A DNA stretch of 64,000 bases from the human T2T-CHM13v2.0 reference genome, Homo sapiens, in the NCBI RefSeq assembly GCF_009914755.1, contig NC_060946.1. One strand, written 5' to 3'. Under the pieces are notes generated by a model that was given only the letters and a program-made list of their open reading frames with translations, did not search any database and had not been told where the DNA came from. Shown here piece by piece: positions 1 to 13,033 of the stretch (positions are counted from its first letter, which is position 1; every line of letters starts with the position of its first letter). The position numbers and the translations under genes were made by a program.

Positions 1-704
1 AGTGGCCCCTGTGGAGAAGGAAGGCCTGGAGGGTGGGCCCGCAACCTGCCTGCTGCCCAGTCCCCACAGCATTTCTCCTCCCTTCCCTGAGTGGGCGGGT
101 GGGTTGCGTTGGACTTTCAGGGCCGCTGGAGTCAGTCACACCCAGCCTGTGAGCTTCACCTTGGCACCATGGCCCAGGGAACCCAAAGTGAAAACTGCAG
201 CAGGCAATTGCCTGCTGCAATTCTTCACTAAATGTCTTGCTTCTTGCCCCTTGGTCTGTGGACCCTTGGGCAAGAGGCAGCAGGAGGCACATCTTGAGGT
301 TGAGGTTTAGATGGTCCCATCAGCAGGCCCTGGACCTACATGGCCACAGCTTCACACAGCAATGGCTTCTTTGCGTTCATCTCTTTTCCAAAGGAAGCTG
401 CCACATCACAGAGTTTTGAGTTATTTGCTTCTAAATTAAGGTGTAACTCTCTTTTAGAGACGTCCCTGGAGAATCCATCAAAAAGTGCTAAGAAGCGAGA
501 CTGTTAAAAGCCACAGTGCAGGGAGGGGCCTTACACATAGTGTCAAGCCCGGGGGTGTTCCTTCTAGCAGCCTCCAACCAGAAACACACCCCGTCCCCGA
601 GGGCTCAGCCAGGCCTCTCATGGCCATGGGGGACCGTGGTTGTGGTTAGAGCAAACCTTTCAGGAGACCCTTGGCCCCTGGGATGGAGAGCTGCCAGGAC
701 AGAG

Positions 705-830
705 GTCCCTTTGTGAGGTCTGCCCCTGTGAGTCACGGAGGCCAAGGTCCTTTGTGAGGTCTGCCCCTGTGAGGTCTGCTCCTTTGTGAGGTCTGCCCCT
801 GTGAGTCATGGAGGCCAAGGTCCTCTGAGG
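705..830. repeat. Short imperfect tandem repeat (tttgtgaggtctgcccctgtgagtcayggaggccaaggtcc units and subunits)
   Basis: gtgaggtctgc occurs four times; the roughly 40-bp unit occurs twice. Confidence 0.8.
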
Positions 831-3800
831 TGTGGAGAGTGGACCTCATGTGCCCAGTGCCTTAGTAGGTCTGGGCAGCCCCGCATCTGGGCAGCATGGT
901 CCCTCTCACCCTGGTTGGTCATAGGAAGGGTGGCTGAGGAGGAGGCTGTGCTGGAGGCTGGCATGGCAGTGAGGGCTGGCTCTTAGGCTGTGGCCCTGCT
1001 CCAGACAGGGCTGGTGGGGCCTCTATGTAGAACAGCGCCATGTTCCTGACCATGTTTCCTATGCCCTTTCCTGCTGCTATTTTTTTCCCCTTAGCACTCG
1101 CCACAGCGTGACCTGCTCCCTATTTGATTCATTCATCGTATGTGTTTGTGTAAGCTCCATGAGGGCAGGGACGTTGCGGAGTCACCATTGAGAATCGCCA
1201 CCCAGGGAGTCGCTGTGGAGGGACTGAATATTCGCAGACAGTCATGCCTCAGTGGCCCTGTCCAGCCCCTTTTGCCCTAGGGCTGAGCTGTGTGCTCGTG
1301 CGCTGCAGAACCCCTGCTCCAGCTCAACCCTCTGCTCCTAAGAGGTTGTACCTTTGGGTCCCCAGAGATGTGTCTCTGGGCCTCAGGTTTGGCCACCAAA
1401 CACAAACCACCCTCAGGTGGATGCTACCAGCTGGGCCCCGTCAGGCCCAACTGTGGGTTACTCTCAAGCCAGAGGCAGGTGGACAGATGCCTCGGGCTGA
1501 CGCCGGGCCACTCAGTGATGCAATGTGACTCAGTGGGGCCTTTGTCAGACACGGGGATTCACAGAGTGATGACCTTCAGAGGCATGTCTATGGAAAACTG
1601 TCCTAAGGGGATGAGCCAAGACCCTGAAGGTAGTAAAGGAACATGATGATGGTAGAGTGGCCTTTCCAGGTGGCCCCTGTGCCCCAAGATCAAGGAGTGG
1701 CCTCTCAGGCCAGTAGAGGAGCTCAGGGCAGGGGAAGGCACCAGGCCTGGGTAGAAGTCCAGCTCTGCCTGTGATGGTGACCCTGCGAATGCTTTCCACT
1801 CTCTGGGCCTTCCTTGCCTTTGAGTTGGAAGCTCTGGGCTGGGTCAAGTGTACAGATAGTTTCCTTCCTTATCTCAACTCTGGAGTGACCGTCCAAAGCA
1901 TGCTGTGCTGAAGAGGATTCTAAGGCTGTGCTGCAGCCCAGAGGGAAAGAGTCATGGTCGATTAGTGATGTCTGCAGCGGGCACGGGAGGCAGGATTTAG
2001 ATGAGCTTGCCAGTGACTGGTGAACCTCACCACTGTACCCCCTCCTATCTAGCAGCTTTAACCCACCCTATCTCTCCTTACATGCCCCTTCCTTAGTGAC
2101 ACTGATGCTAACCCCTTATTGGGAAGGACTGGCCTCCGTCTTCCTGAGTCCCATGAGCAGCTCAGGTCATTGCTTGCTGACTGTCTCTTCTCTCATTTGA
2201 TGCCTCACTCCCTGTAGTGACCTCAGGGTCCAACCCCATGCTTCGTTCATGGCAGCCTCTTTCTGTACACTGAAGAATGAATAAGTGAATGAGTGGTAGA
2301 GACTCAACCACTCTACAAGGCCGGGAGCCTCCTCTTGGATGTACACCTGATGTTGATCTCTGTTCCAGCAAGGAGCCCCTAGAAGCCTTCTTGGAATTGG
2401 GAGGCTGGATGGCCACGGAAACAAGGTGCTAAACCGTGTGGTTTCAGCTCCAGGTGTTGCAGGAGTGGGGTCAGCAAGGGAGGAGGGGGCAAGGTGACTA
2501 AGGAGGGCTGAGGCATGTAAAGTACCAGGCTCTGTGTTTGTGGGGCCCGGTGGTCCTGTCTGACCTTGGCTATGGAGCAGCTAATCAGGCTTCCCCAGAG
2601 GCAAAGCTGGGAAAACCTTCCAAGCTGCCAAGAGGGGCCTTCTGAAGACCCTTCTGACTATGGGTGGGAGAACTTGGCACCTACAGCCTTCACCCTGACC
2701 CCAGCAGGCCCTGACCCCCTGTGAACTGGTGGTACCTCACCCCTACTCCTCTTGCACCCCCACACTAGTGGCCCTACCCCTAACTGTGGCCAGGCCAGGG
2801 GAGGAGCAACTCCACCATGAGGGCTTGGCCCTCATGCCTCCTCCTGCCCAGCTCTGCATGGCATGTCCCTCTGGCCTTAGCTGCCCCAGCTGCATGTGGC
2901 CTCAGGCCAGCCCCACCCAGCCCTCTTGCTTCCTGTGGCCCTGTAGAGTGGCTACCAGGACCCCTGCTGGTGAGGGCGGGTGCGGGTGGCCTGTCTCCGA
3001 GCTGGGCTTTCCTCCAGCATGGTCACCCCCTCACCCGCTCAGTTACCTCTGATATGCTGTGCAAACATATTTCTCGATGAAATGCTGGGAAGAAAAATAA
3101 TTAGAGTGTTGCCTCCATTATCCAATTTCGGATTAATCAAACTCTCTTTGTCCTCGGCCAAAATCTATTCATTTCCCTTAAACACTGGGCCAGTGCCAGG
3201 CATTGATTTCCTCTATGATAACACCACGCACGCAAGCACAGCCATGCCCAGCCTTGCCCCACCCCGTGGCTGGGACACAGAGGCACTGGTGGGGCTGCCC
3301 TTGTCCCCCCAACACTGCCCACCTCCTCCAAGGAGTCTCCTGGCCACACTGACACCCCCATCTCTGTCGTGGCTCCTGGAGTGCTTGGCCTCAGTCTCCA
3401 GTGTGTTTGTCTTGCCACGCTGGCTGTTCTGGGGCTCTCCCTCCTCCCAGGATGGTGTGGAATGGATAGAGGAGGTGTGGAGGGTGTGGCCACTGCGGTC
3501 CCCAGGGACCACAGGGAATGGGCTGCAGCCCCAGGCTCTGGGTGGGCCAGGGTTTGGGGGATTATCCCCATCACTGGCACAGGAAGAAGGCCAAGGGGGA
3601 GGGCCAGGGCTTCTAAGGGGGCTGAGGGGCCATGCAATGTATGTGGGGTGGGAGCACACTTGCAGGGGTAGCAACAGAAGCCCAGCCCCAAAGGGCTTAC
3701 AAGATGAGGGGACATCCTGGCTCCCGGGCCTGAGGGCTTAGTAGTGGGGCAGCATCAGGATCGGCCAAGTCCAGGTGGGCGGGGGCTGTGCGTCTACCCG

Positions 3801-3989
3801 TGTCCACCCAGGGAAGGCCACGGGCCTTTCCAGAAGACCTCCCAGAAGTCCCCAACTATCCCCTCCGTGAGCCACGTTGACCGATTCCTCACTCAGTCAC
3901 TACGAGGGCCTGGGATTGATTTATTGGCACCTGCTTGGTGCTAGGTCCTTGTGGGCACATGGGATACATCAATGAACAAACAGACCAAC

Positions 3990-4640
3990 AGTCCCTGCCC
4001 TATGGCACAGTGGGAAAGAGGTGGGCGATAAACACTCTAAGTAAATTATACAGTGTGCTAGAAAGGGACCATGCTTGGGGCAAGGCAGCACACGTGGTGT
4101 GGCTGTGTGCGAATATGGGGGTCATTTTCCATCGTAAATAGGATGGGCAGGGAGGCCTCCTAAGGAAGGGACATCTGAGCCATTGGATGGGGAGAGGGCG
4201 CGGAAGCGAAGTCCACTTGGCTTTCTGGACAAAGAGTTTTCCAGGAGGAAGGAACAGCCAGTGCACAGGCCCTGAGTTAAGAGTGAGGGATGGTGCTAGA
4301 GAGGCAGCTAGAGGCAGCATGGCAGGAGTGGGGGAGGGGGAGCATGGGCGTGGGAGTCAGAGAGGCCAGGCATTGCACAGCCCTGGTGCCCTGGCTGGAC
4401 TTTGACTCGGGGTCTGCCCATGTCAAGCAAGCGTCGGGAGCAAACATGAGAAGGTTTCAAGCACAAGTGAGACATACTCTGCCTCATTTTTACAAGGATG
4501 CCCCTGGCTGCTGGTGGAGCACAGGGCACAGGGGGCTGGAGACAGCAAGACCAGAGAAGTCATACTGCTGCAAAACAGATGAGAGGCTGGGGCTGGCTAG
4601 CGGGAGTGAGTGGTAGAATTCTGGACAGTCAGGGCAATTA
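3990..4640. mobile_element. Degenerate L2 (LINE2) fragment
   Basis: Typical L2 3'-region wording (ggaggcctcctaaggaagggacatctgagc ... ccaggaggaaggaacagccagtgcacaggccctgag). Boundaries approximate. Confidence 0.5.
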
Positions 4641-6412
4641 AGGGTTCCCCTGAGGCTGGCTGGGTCCAGCCACAACCTGTGGTGCCAGCCTCAGTTCTCA
4701 AGGAAAGGGACGCAGGGAAGGCGTGCTGGGCATGTAGTGGACACCACTCATGCCCCTAGGTCCCCAAGGTAGGGGATGGGATTGTGGGATGCCACACATG
4801 GAGGCAGAGGGCAGGAGGTTGCAGGGCCTCAAAGACCCAGAAGGTGAAATCAGATTCCCCACTCAAGTGAGGGTTTGATGGAGTCAGCAGTTTCCTTCCC
4901 TGGGGAAACTGGGGAGCCAGGAGCCTGGGGCTACGGCTCTCTCCAAGGCAGCAACCTCTTTGATTTGGCTCTTAATGAAGGCCCCACTTCTTCTCTGCTG
5001 TCATGGCCACCCTCTCCTCCATAGGTGGAACCTTTGCATATTGATTTATTTATTTACTCCTGGCCCAGAGAAATATCTGGCTTGATTTCCTCCTGAGTCA
5101 GTGTTCCTCAGGCGACACTATCACCCTTTGTCTGGTCAGCCGTGGTGGCTGTGGGCCAAAAGACAGGACAGGTGGCTGAGGGTGTCCAGAGCCAGGACAG
5201 CACAGGGTTACAGGGAAGGGCCTCCCTGTTCATCTCATCTCCCCGGTCATCTCATCTCCCCTTCCTTTAGCAGAAGGACACTGGGAGGCCCAGCCGGGGC
5301 ATAGCCTGGGGTTGTCTGTAGGATGGGGACACTGTGTTCACTAACCGTAGTCCTTCCTCCCATCTGCTCGGACTATGGCTTCAGGATAGGCAGAGAGCTT
5401 TGAGGAGGCAAAGAAAGGAGGACCTGTTTCTAAGGTGAGACCCGTTGCGGATCTGCAGGTGCAAGGCCCATCAGGCAGGTTGTGGGGAGAGTGTAGAGAA
5501 GCCAACCCAGTGGCCTGGGCCCTGGTTACTGTGGAGTGGCTGCAAAGAGCCCACAAACACGGAGTCACATGTCCCCAAGCCATGAATCAGTGATGTCTTT
5601 CATGTGCGTATGCTCTCATTTTTCAAACACTGCAAAAGCTATTGTGATAAATGAAATGCAGAGTCATTTACAAGCCTTGAGGAAATCTTGGCGCGCAAAA
5701 ACCCTTTTTACCTCTGTCATCAGCACTCACTGGATTAATGGGTGCTCTCCCTTCTCACTGTAAAGCATGCTGGCTTGTGTCAGTACAGGGTTGGCCCTCC
5801 AGGGCAGCGGGCACTCTCTAGAACCCCCTTGCCCTTCCACATGTATCCCTTTGAGTCCGTTGTGATTGTCCCAAACCTATTTGTGCCAGTTGTACTCATT
5901 GTAATCACAGCCTGGAATACTGTGTAAACTGGTGGGCTGTGACTGTATAGAGGGCTTCTGTGGAAATGAAAGTGGTTGCTTTGGAAAAGCCTCAGTAAAA
6001 GCCGTGGTTAGGTTTGGTGTGGGCAAGCCAACCACGAGTTTGGGGACAAGGAGTATAACAGCCTAAAGTTCAGATTCCGGGTCCTTTGCCACCTCACTTG
6101 TGTTGGAAAAAGTAAACGAGATGTCACGCAAGGTGTGCTGTGGTTTAAGCAAGAAGTGGCATAACCCCAGAACCGGAAACTCTGATTTAGGAAGAGTTTG
6201 TGTCTCTGAAAATTGACAGATATATGAATGTATGTTTATCTGAGTTAAGTGAAAATAAAGTACACGTGTGTCATTTCTTAGGTCTTCCTGCTTTAATTCA
6301 CTTTTCAGTAGATCAGCCAGCCAGCAGTCTCAGGTTTGATTGCAACTTTTAGCCATCAACAGTTATTAGAAATATATGTTATAGGCCAATCAGGTTATAG
6401 GCCAATATGTTA

Positions 6413-7019
<607 letters not shown>

Positions 7020-7085
7020 CACCCCAGAAATATATGTGTAATAATGTCGGAATCTGCAGGTTGGTCTTTTTCGTTGTGTTTTTTT

Positions 7086-7519
<434 letters not shown>

Positions 7520-9058
7520 TGATGACACTGCAGAACTCCCACGGCAGGCCAGCCTGGAAGCCCCTCTTTCCCCAGGACTAGGATTCACAAGGCCCTTGGA
7601 GCCCCAGCCCACCCAAGCGGAAGAGTCCAGGGACAACCTGCAGGGAAGTGTGAGGTTTTCTAGCATAAGAGGACATGGGGGATGGGCCTGAGGACCAGGA
7701 GATGCTGGTTTCACAGAGCTGAGGCTAGCTGGGCTCTCAGCCTGGGGTGTGCAGAGTCCACAGTGTCTTCCCCCCAAACCTTGCCCCCAGAAACTCCCAT
7801 TTTAATTCAATAAGGTGTGAAGTGGTCAAGATCATATTAAGGTGGGGCGTGAGCTGGCTGGGATGGGAAAGGGCACGTGGGAGACTGGGAGACCAGGCAG
7901 GAGGCTCCAGGGAAGTTGGGAGAGTGAAGGAGGAGGGTGGGCAGGAGAAGTTTCAGGAAGAGGACTCTCCACACAGACAGAAGGAACTGGAAACCATACC
8001 AAAGGAGGGGTCCTTAGGGGCTAGCCTGCAGCTCGGAGAGGGGCAGGTGTGATGCACATTTGAGAAATATTTGTGGAAAGCAGAAGCAAGAGGGCTGTGG
8101 GAGGCCTGGGGTATTGGGGGTAGTAGGGGAGGGTAGACCCAGGCAGAGGGGTCCCAGGGGAATCCAGTAGAGCTGGCCCACAGAGTCCCAGGGATATCAC
8201 GGGCTCCAGGAGCAGGCCATGGGTCAGCAGCGACCTCAGGTCCTGAGGCCTGTGGACTGCAGGGTGACCCCTTTGCAGGCTGCTGGGAAAGGTCATTTTA
8301 GGTAATGCTCTCAAAAGGGAGTGCTGGGGAAGCTTCCGAGCTCTGTACAAATATTTTTTGGTGTTCCTCCATCTATCCATCCATCTGTTCTGCGAATCTT
8401 TCACAGAGCACCTGCTTCGAGGGAAGCAGAGCTGGTGCTTGGGGGAGGGAGGGTAGAGCAGGAGCCCAGACCAACCTGCGGTGGGTACCCTGGGGAAACC
8501 ACACACAAGCCATTGGAGGCGAAGGTGGGAGGAGGGGATATGGGCCAGATGTGGTCAGGGAAGGTGCCTGCAGGAGGAGCCGGCAGCCCTGAGGCTGAAA
8601 AAGGACCGGTTTGTGCGGCATCCCTTCCATTTCTTCCCCAGGGGAAGTCCAGTCCCACTGCCGAACCAGCGGCACACCACACCTGTTCAAGGTCGCGCGG
8701 GCCAGGTGGCAGGCCCAGACTGAGTCCACTGGGGTTCCAGGGATCCTGATGCTGCAGTAGTCAGGGGTCCTCATCAGAGAAGGAGGTTCTCCCTGGGCTT
8801 CACAGGGCTGTGTTTTCAGCCAGGTGGGGTGGAACAGGGCACTGTGAGTGTGGTGGGTGGGAGATGCAGCCAGAGAGGCAGGAACCTTGCTTCTTGTGGA
8901 GTTAACAAGGAGGGAGGGGTGAGCTATGCAGGCGATCTTTCCCCAGAGGGCAGTTCCTGGGAGGGTAGCTTGTCCCTACCCATGTCCAGTGTCACTGGCA
9001 TTAAGGCAAGTGGGGTTTTTATCTTCCCCGGAAGATGTGGCTTTTTAGTCCAAAAATA

Positions 9059-9381
9059 CAAGCAGTCCCCAACTTAGGATGGTTTGACTTGCAGTTTTTC
9101 AGGTTATGGTGCAAAAGCAATAAACATTGAGTAGAAGCCTTACTTTGAGTACTCATACAACCATTCATTCTGATTCTCCCTGTCAGTACGGTATTCAGTA
9201 AATTCCACAAGATACGGGTTAGATTCTTTTGTCTACCTGCAGGCTAATGTAAGTGTTCTGAGCACATTTAAGGTAGGCTAGGCTAAGCTGTGAGGTTCAG
9301 CAGGTTGGGGGAAGTCAACACATTTTCAACTTAGGATGGGTTTATCAGGACATAACCCCATCCTAAGTCAAGGAGCATCTG
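9059..9381 (-). mobile_element. MER47A-like TcMar-Tigger non-autonomous DNA transposon
   Basis: Reverse complement begins cagatgctccttgacttaggatggggttatgtcctgataaacccatc, matching recalled MER47A. Imperfect TIRs; TA dinucleotides flank both ends (9057-9058, 9382-9383). Confidence 0.8.
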
Positions 9382-12058
9382 TAGGTGTTGTATCAAAAGC
9401 CTTAAACCATCAGGCCTTCTTGCAGACAGCCACACTGGCCAGGATGAAGCAGCATGGGGAAGCCTTGAGCACTGGATGTGAACATATCCTTGCTCATTTT
9501 TGCCTTCATCCCCACCTGGTCCTGAGCACCTGCGCTTCGTGGCCCATGATGCAATGCAGCCTTGAGAGCTGCAGCCCCGCCCTTCACTACCCCAAGGCCC
9601 AGTGGGGAGCTGGACAGGGAGCCATTCAGTGGGGATGCCACAGACAGTGTCGTGCTGGGAAGGCAGGGAAGTCAGGTCCCTGCTCTCCCAGATGAGTGTG
9701 GGCGTGGACACCAACCCTGGCTCACTTGCCAGAGGACGCACTGTCTGCGGTTTTGTGGTCACCCTACCATCGCATGTCCAGGTGACATCGCACGTCCAGG
9801 TGCCATTGCACACTGGAGGTTATGATGCAGAAGTGCTGCTCCAGGAGGCCATACCAACCCCCATCCTGTCCTGGGTCCCTTGGGGCCACCTGCCACTAGG
9901 TGGGGAGCCTCATCTGGAGCCCCTGAGTTTTCTGGAGGCAGCTCTCAGGCTGGAACCCCCACCTCAGATAGGTGGACATGGTTTCCAGGCAGCTTCTCCC
10001 CAGGCTAAGCCCGTCTGCTGCATCTGCGGGGTCAGCTCTGGGAATCACCCCACCCCTTGATGTCCTCAGCGATTCCTCACTGCTGCCATTCTACATTTTT
10101 CTCTGTGTCCTCTTCTCCATGGTGCTGAGCTTTATTTGAAATGGCCTGGCTGCCTTATGTGCTCACCATCTCCCCAGCGAGAATACAAGCTCCTTGACAC
10201 ACAGACTCAGCTTGTTCCCCACCATGTCCCCCTGTCCCCAAGCAGGGCCACACACAGTGGGGCTGGATTCTGGGAGAGCAAAGTATTGATCATAGCAGGT
10301 TGAGTGACTGATCAGTTGCCCATACAGATCTGAGGGTGGAAGGCCTCAGGCCTGGGCGCACGTGCTGGGTGATTTAGGAGCAACGGGAGAAGCAGTGGAG
10401 GATGCTCTGCTGAGCAGACAAATGGAACTGAGCCAGGGAGAGGGTGACCCACTTTGCTGAGATAAGAGATGGGCTCCAGCCTGAGGACAAGGGGTGCAGT
10501 GTTTATACCACAGCCCAACAGCCTCCATCCCTTCAACACCAGTACCAGTGCCTCCGCCCTGGTTGTCCCAGCTTGTCCCAGCAGAGAGGGCCTCTGGCCC
10601 TGGTTCCCCATGTACCCCACTTGTGTCCCCAGGAGGCACGGGCAGTGGGGACAGAGCAGGGGGCTGCAACACCATCGAACCCTAGGAGGTGGCCTAAGGC
10701 CACAGCTATGAGTGGCACTAACCCTTCCCCAGAGGAAGGTAATCCTTTTTGTTTCTCTCTCAATCCTTCTCCTTCAAGGAGAAAATCCCAGTTTGGTGCC
10801 AACGTGGCTCTCACACCCTCCAGCAGGCGCTAATCCCCGCTGTTTAAGCAACAGCCAGTGGCCTTGCCTGGCCCCTCGGCAGGGTCCCGCCCCTGGCTAG
10901 TGGCAGAAGCGGTTCCTCTACACTGTTTTGTATTTAGATTACTTCTGTCTACGGCGGGTGACCCTGGCTTTCCACTGAAAGTAGGACTATGAAGTCATTA
11001 TGAAGTACATTTTTTAAGTAAAAAAGGCAGTCAATTTAAAGAAAAATGCTGAGTAAAAACAGCAAGTGATACCCAGGTGTGGCCAGGTTAGGCAGGCTGC
11101 AGTCCCGTGGGGCCCAGTCGGAGGGCTTGGTGGGAGCAGAGGCCTGCAGACTCCCAGCCAGGCCACCCCGGGAAATCACCTCCATCTTTGCGCTTTGATT
11201 TCTACAGCCGTAAAGCCGAGGCCACCTCCCAGGCCTGCTTTTAGCATGAGATGACGTGTGTGAGCAAAGCACTCGGCCCAGCAGTGGCAGCAGACGGGGT
11301 GGCACGGAGGTGCAGCTGTCCCCTGCGTGTCTCCAGCCACGGGCCTCTGGACCTAGGTTCCCTGGGCACCTTCCTCTCCTCCCAGTGGCCTCAGCCACCC
11401 GAGCAGGCACACTATAGTTGAGGAAAGCACAGCAGAGCCACAGCTGGGACCCAGAGTCCCCTCCCTGACCCCACCATGCCCAGCTTCCCTGAGACAGACC
11501 CTCCCCGGGGCCCAGCCCACAGTTGCCCCTGACCTCCCATGAAGATGTGTGGAAATGGCTCCATGAAGAGCCTGTGAGGACACTGGACCATGACCAGACC
11601 ACTGGAGAGAGGGGAAATGCAGTCATGGGGCTGCAGCATCTGTGGAGCCCACTTCCCACTGGGTGGGGCCAGCATGACAGGATTGAAGGCAGTGGGACAG
11701 AAGAACTGGGCAACACAAAGGACACCTGGCTCCTCAGCAACAGAGAGCTGCCACCGAGGAGGCCCCTACAGGTCCAGGCCAGGCCCTGGGAAACCCATGA
11801 TGGGACACATGGCTGGGGCAGGACAGGGAGTGTGCAGCTTGTCAGCTGGAAGCACATGCGGCTCCGATAAGTCGGGCGTAAAAGGGCAGTGGAAAGTGCT
11901 TCCTCATTCGGCGAGGAGGAAACCTGGTAATCTGCAATGGCCACAGGCACAGGCTTTTCCAGACCTTCGGTTTCTAAAATAGTATCATGGTGGGAGCTGA
12001 TGTAGGGACGGCGGCTCCAGAGTTGGGGGCAGCACCCACTCTTTAAGAGATGATAGAA

Positions 12059-12329
12059 TGAGCATGGTGGCTCACACCTATAACCCCAGCACTTTGGGAG
12101 GCTGAGGCAGGAGGATTGCTTGAGCCCAGGAGTTCGAGACCAGTCTGAGCAACATAGTGAGACCCCCATTTCTCCAAAATTAAAAAGATTAGCTGGGCGT
12201 GGTGGCGCGTGCCTGCAGTCCCAGCTACTCGAGGCTCAGGTGGGAGGATCGCTTGAGCCCGGGGGGTTGAGGCTGCAGTGAACTGTGATGGTGCACTGCA
12301 GCTGGGTGACAGTTAAAATAAGATAAAAA
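12059..12329 (+). mobile_element. AluJ-like element
   Basis: ggaggattgcttgagcccaggagttcgagaccag and gaggctgcagtga AluJ features; internal deletion near the 3' end. Confidence 0.9.
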
Positions 12330-12344
12330 TGCCTCAATTGAGCT

Positions 12345-13033
12345 TATAACCGCCCAAGGGGTTCACCTTGCCCGCTGCCTAGACAGAGCCGATTCTTCAA
12401 GACGAGAATTGCAATAGAGAAAGAGTAATTCATGAAGAGCCGGCTGTGCAGGAGACCGGAGTGTTATTATTACTCAAATCAGTCTCCTGGAGCATTCAGG
12501 AAGCAAAGTTTTTAAGGATAACTTGGTGGATGGGGGGTAGCCAGTGAGCCAGGAGTGCTGATTGGTCAGAGATGAAATCATAGGGAATTGAAACTGTCTT
12601 CTTGTTCAGTCTGTTCCTGCTCAGTCAGTTCCTGGGTGGGGGCCACAAGATCAGATGAGCCAGTTTATTGATCTGGGTGGGGCCAGTTGATCCATCAAGT
12701 GCAGGGTCTGCAATATTTCTCAAGCACTGATCTCAAGAGCAGTTTAGGGAGGGTCAGAATCTTTAGCCTTCAGCTGCATGACTCCTAAACCATAATTTCT
12801 AATCTTGTGGCTAATGTGAGTCCTACAAAGGCAGTCTAGTGCCCAGGCAAGAAGGAGGTCTGCTTTGGGAGAGGGCTGTTACCGTCTTTGTTTAAACTAT
12901 AAACTAAGTTTCTCTCCAAGTTAGTTCAGCCTACACCCAGGAATGAACAAGGACAACTTGGAAGTTAGAAGCAAGATGGAGTCAGTTAAATCTCTTTCAC
13001 TGTCTCAGTCATAATTTTGTAAAGGCGGTTTCA
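12345..13033 (-). mobile_element. Solo LTR8 (ERV1 class), full length, 689 bp
   Basis: Minus strand starts TGAAACCGCCTTTACAAAATTATGACTGAGACAGTGAAAGAG and ends CTTGGGCGGTTATA, matching recalled LTR8 ends. 4-bp TSD AGCT at 12341-12344 and 13034-13037. Confidence 0.88.

Noticed and set aside
2980-3741. Overlapping 253-, 192- and 153-aa ORFs
   Set aside because: Expected by chance in stop-poor GC-rich sequence when alternative start codons are allowed; no domain.
5780-6330. Possible old DNA-transposon relic
   Set aside because: AT-rich and Tigger-like in feel, but I could not identify ends or a family.
11036-12169. 377-aa minus-strand ORF, the longest in the window
   Set aside because: Begins in an antisense Alu, has composition typical of GC-rich non-coding DNA, and shows no motif or homology I recognise.
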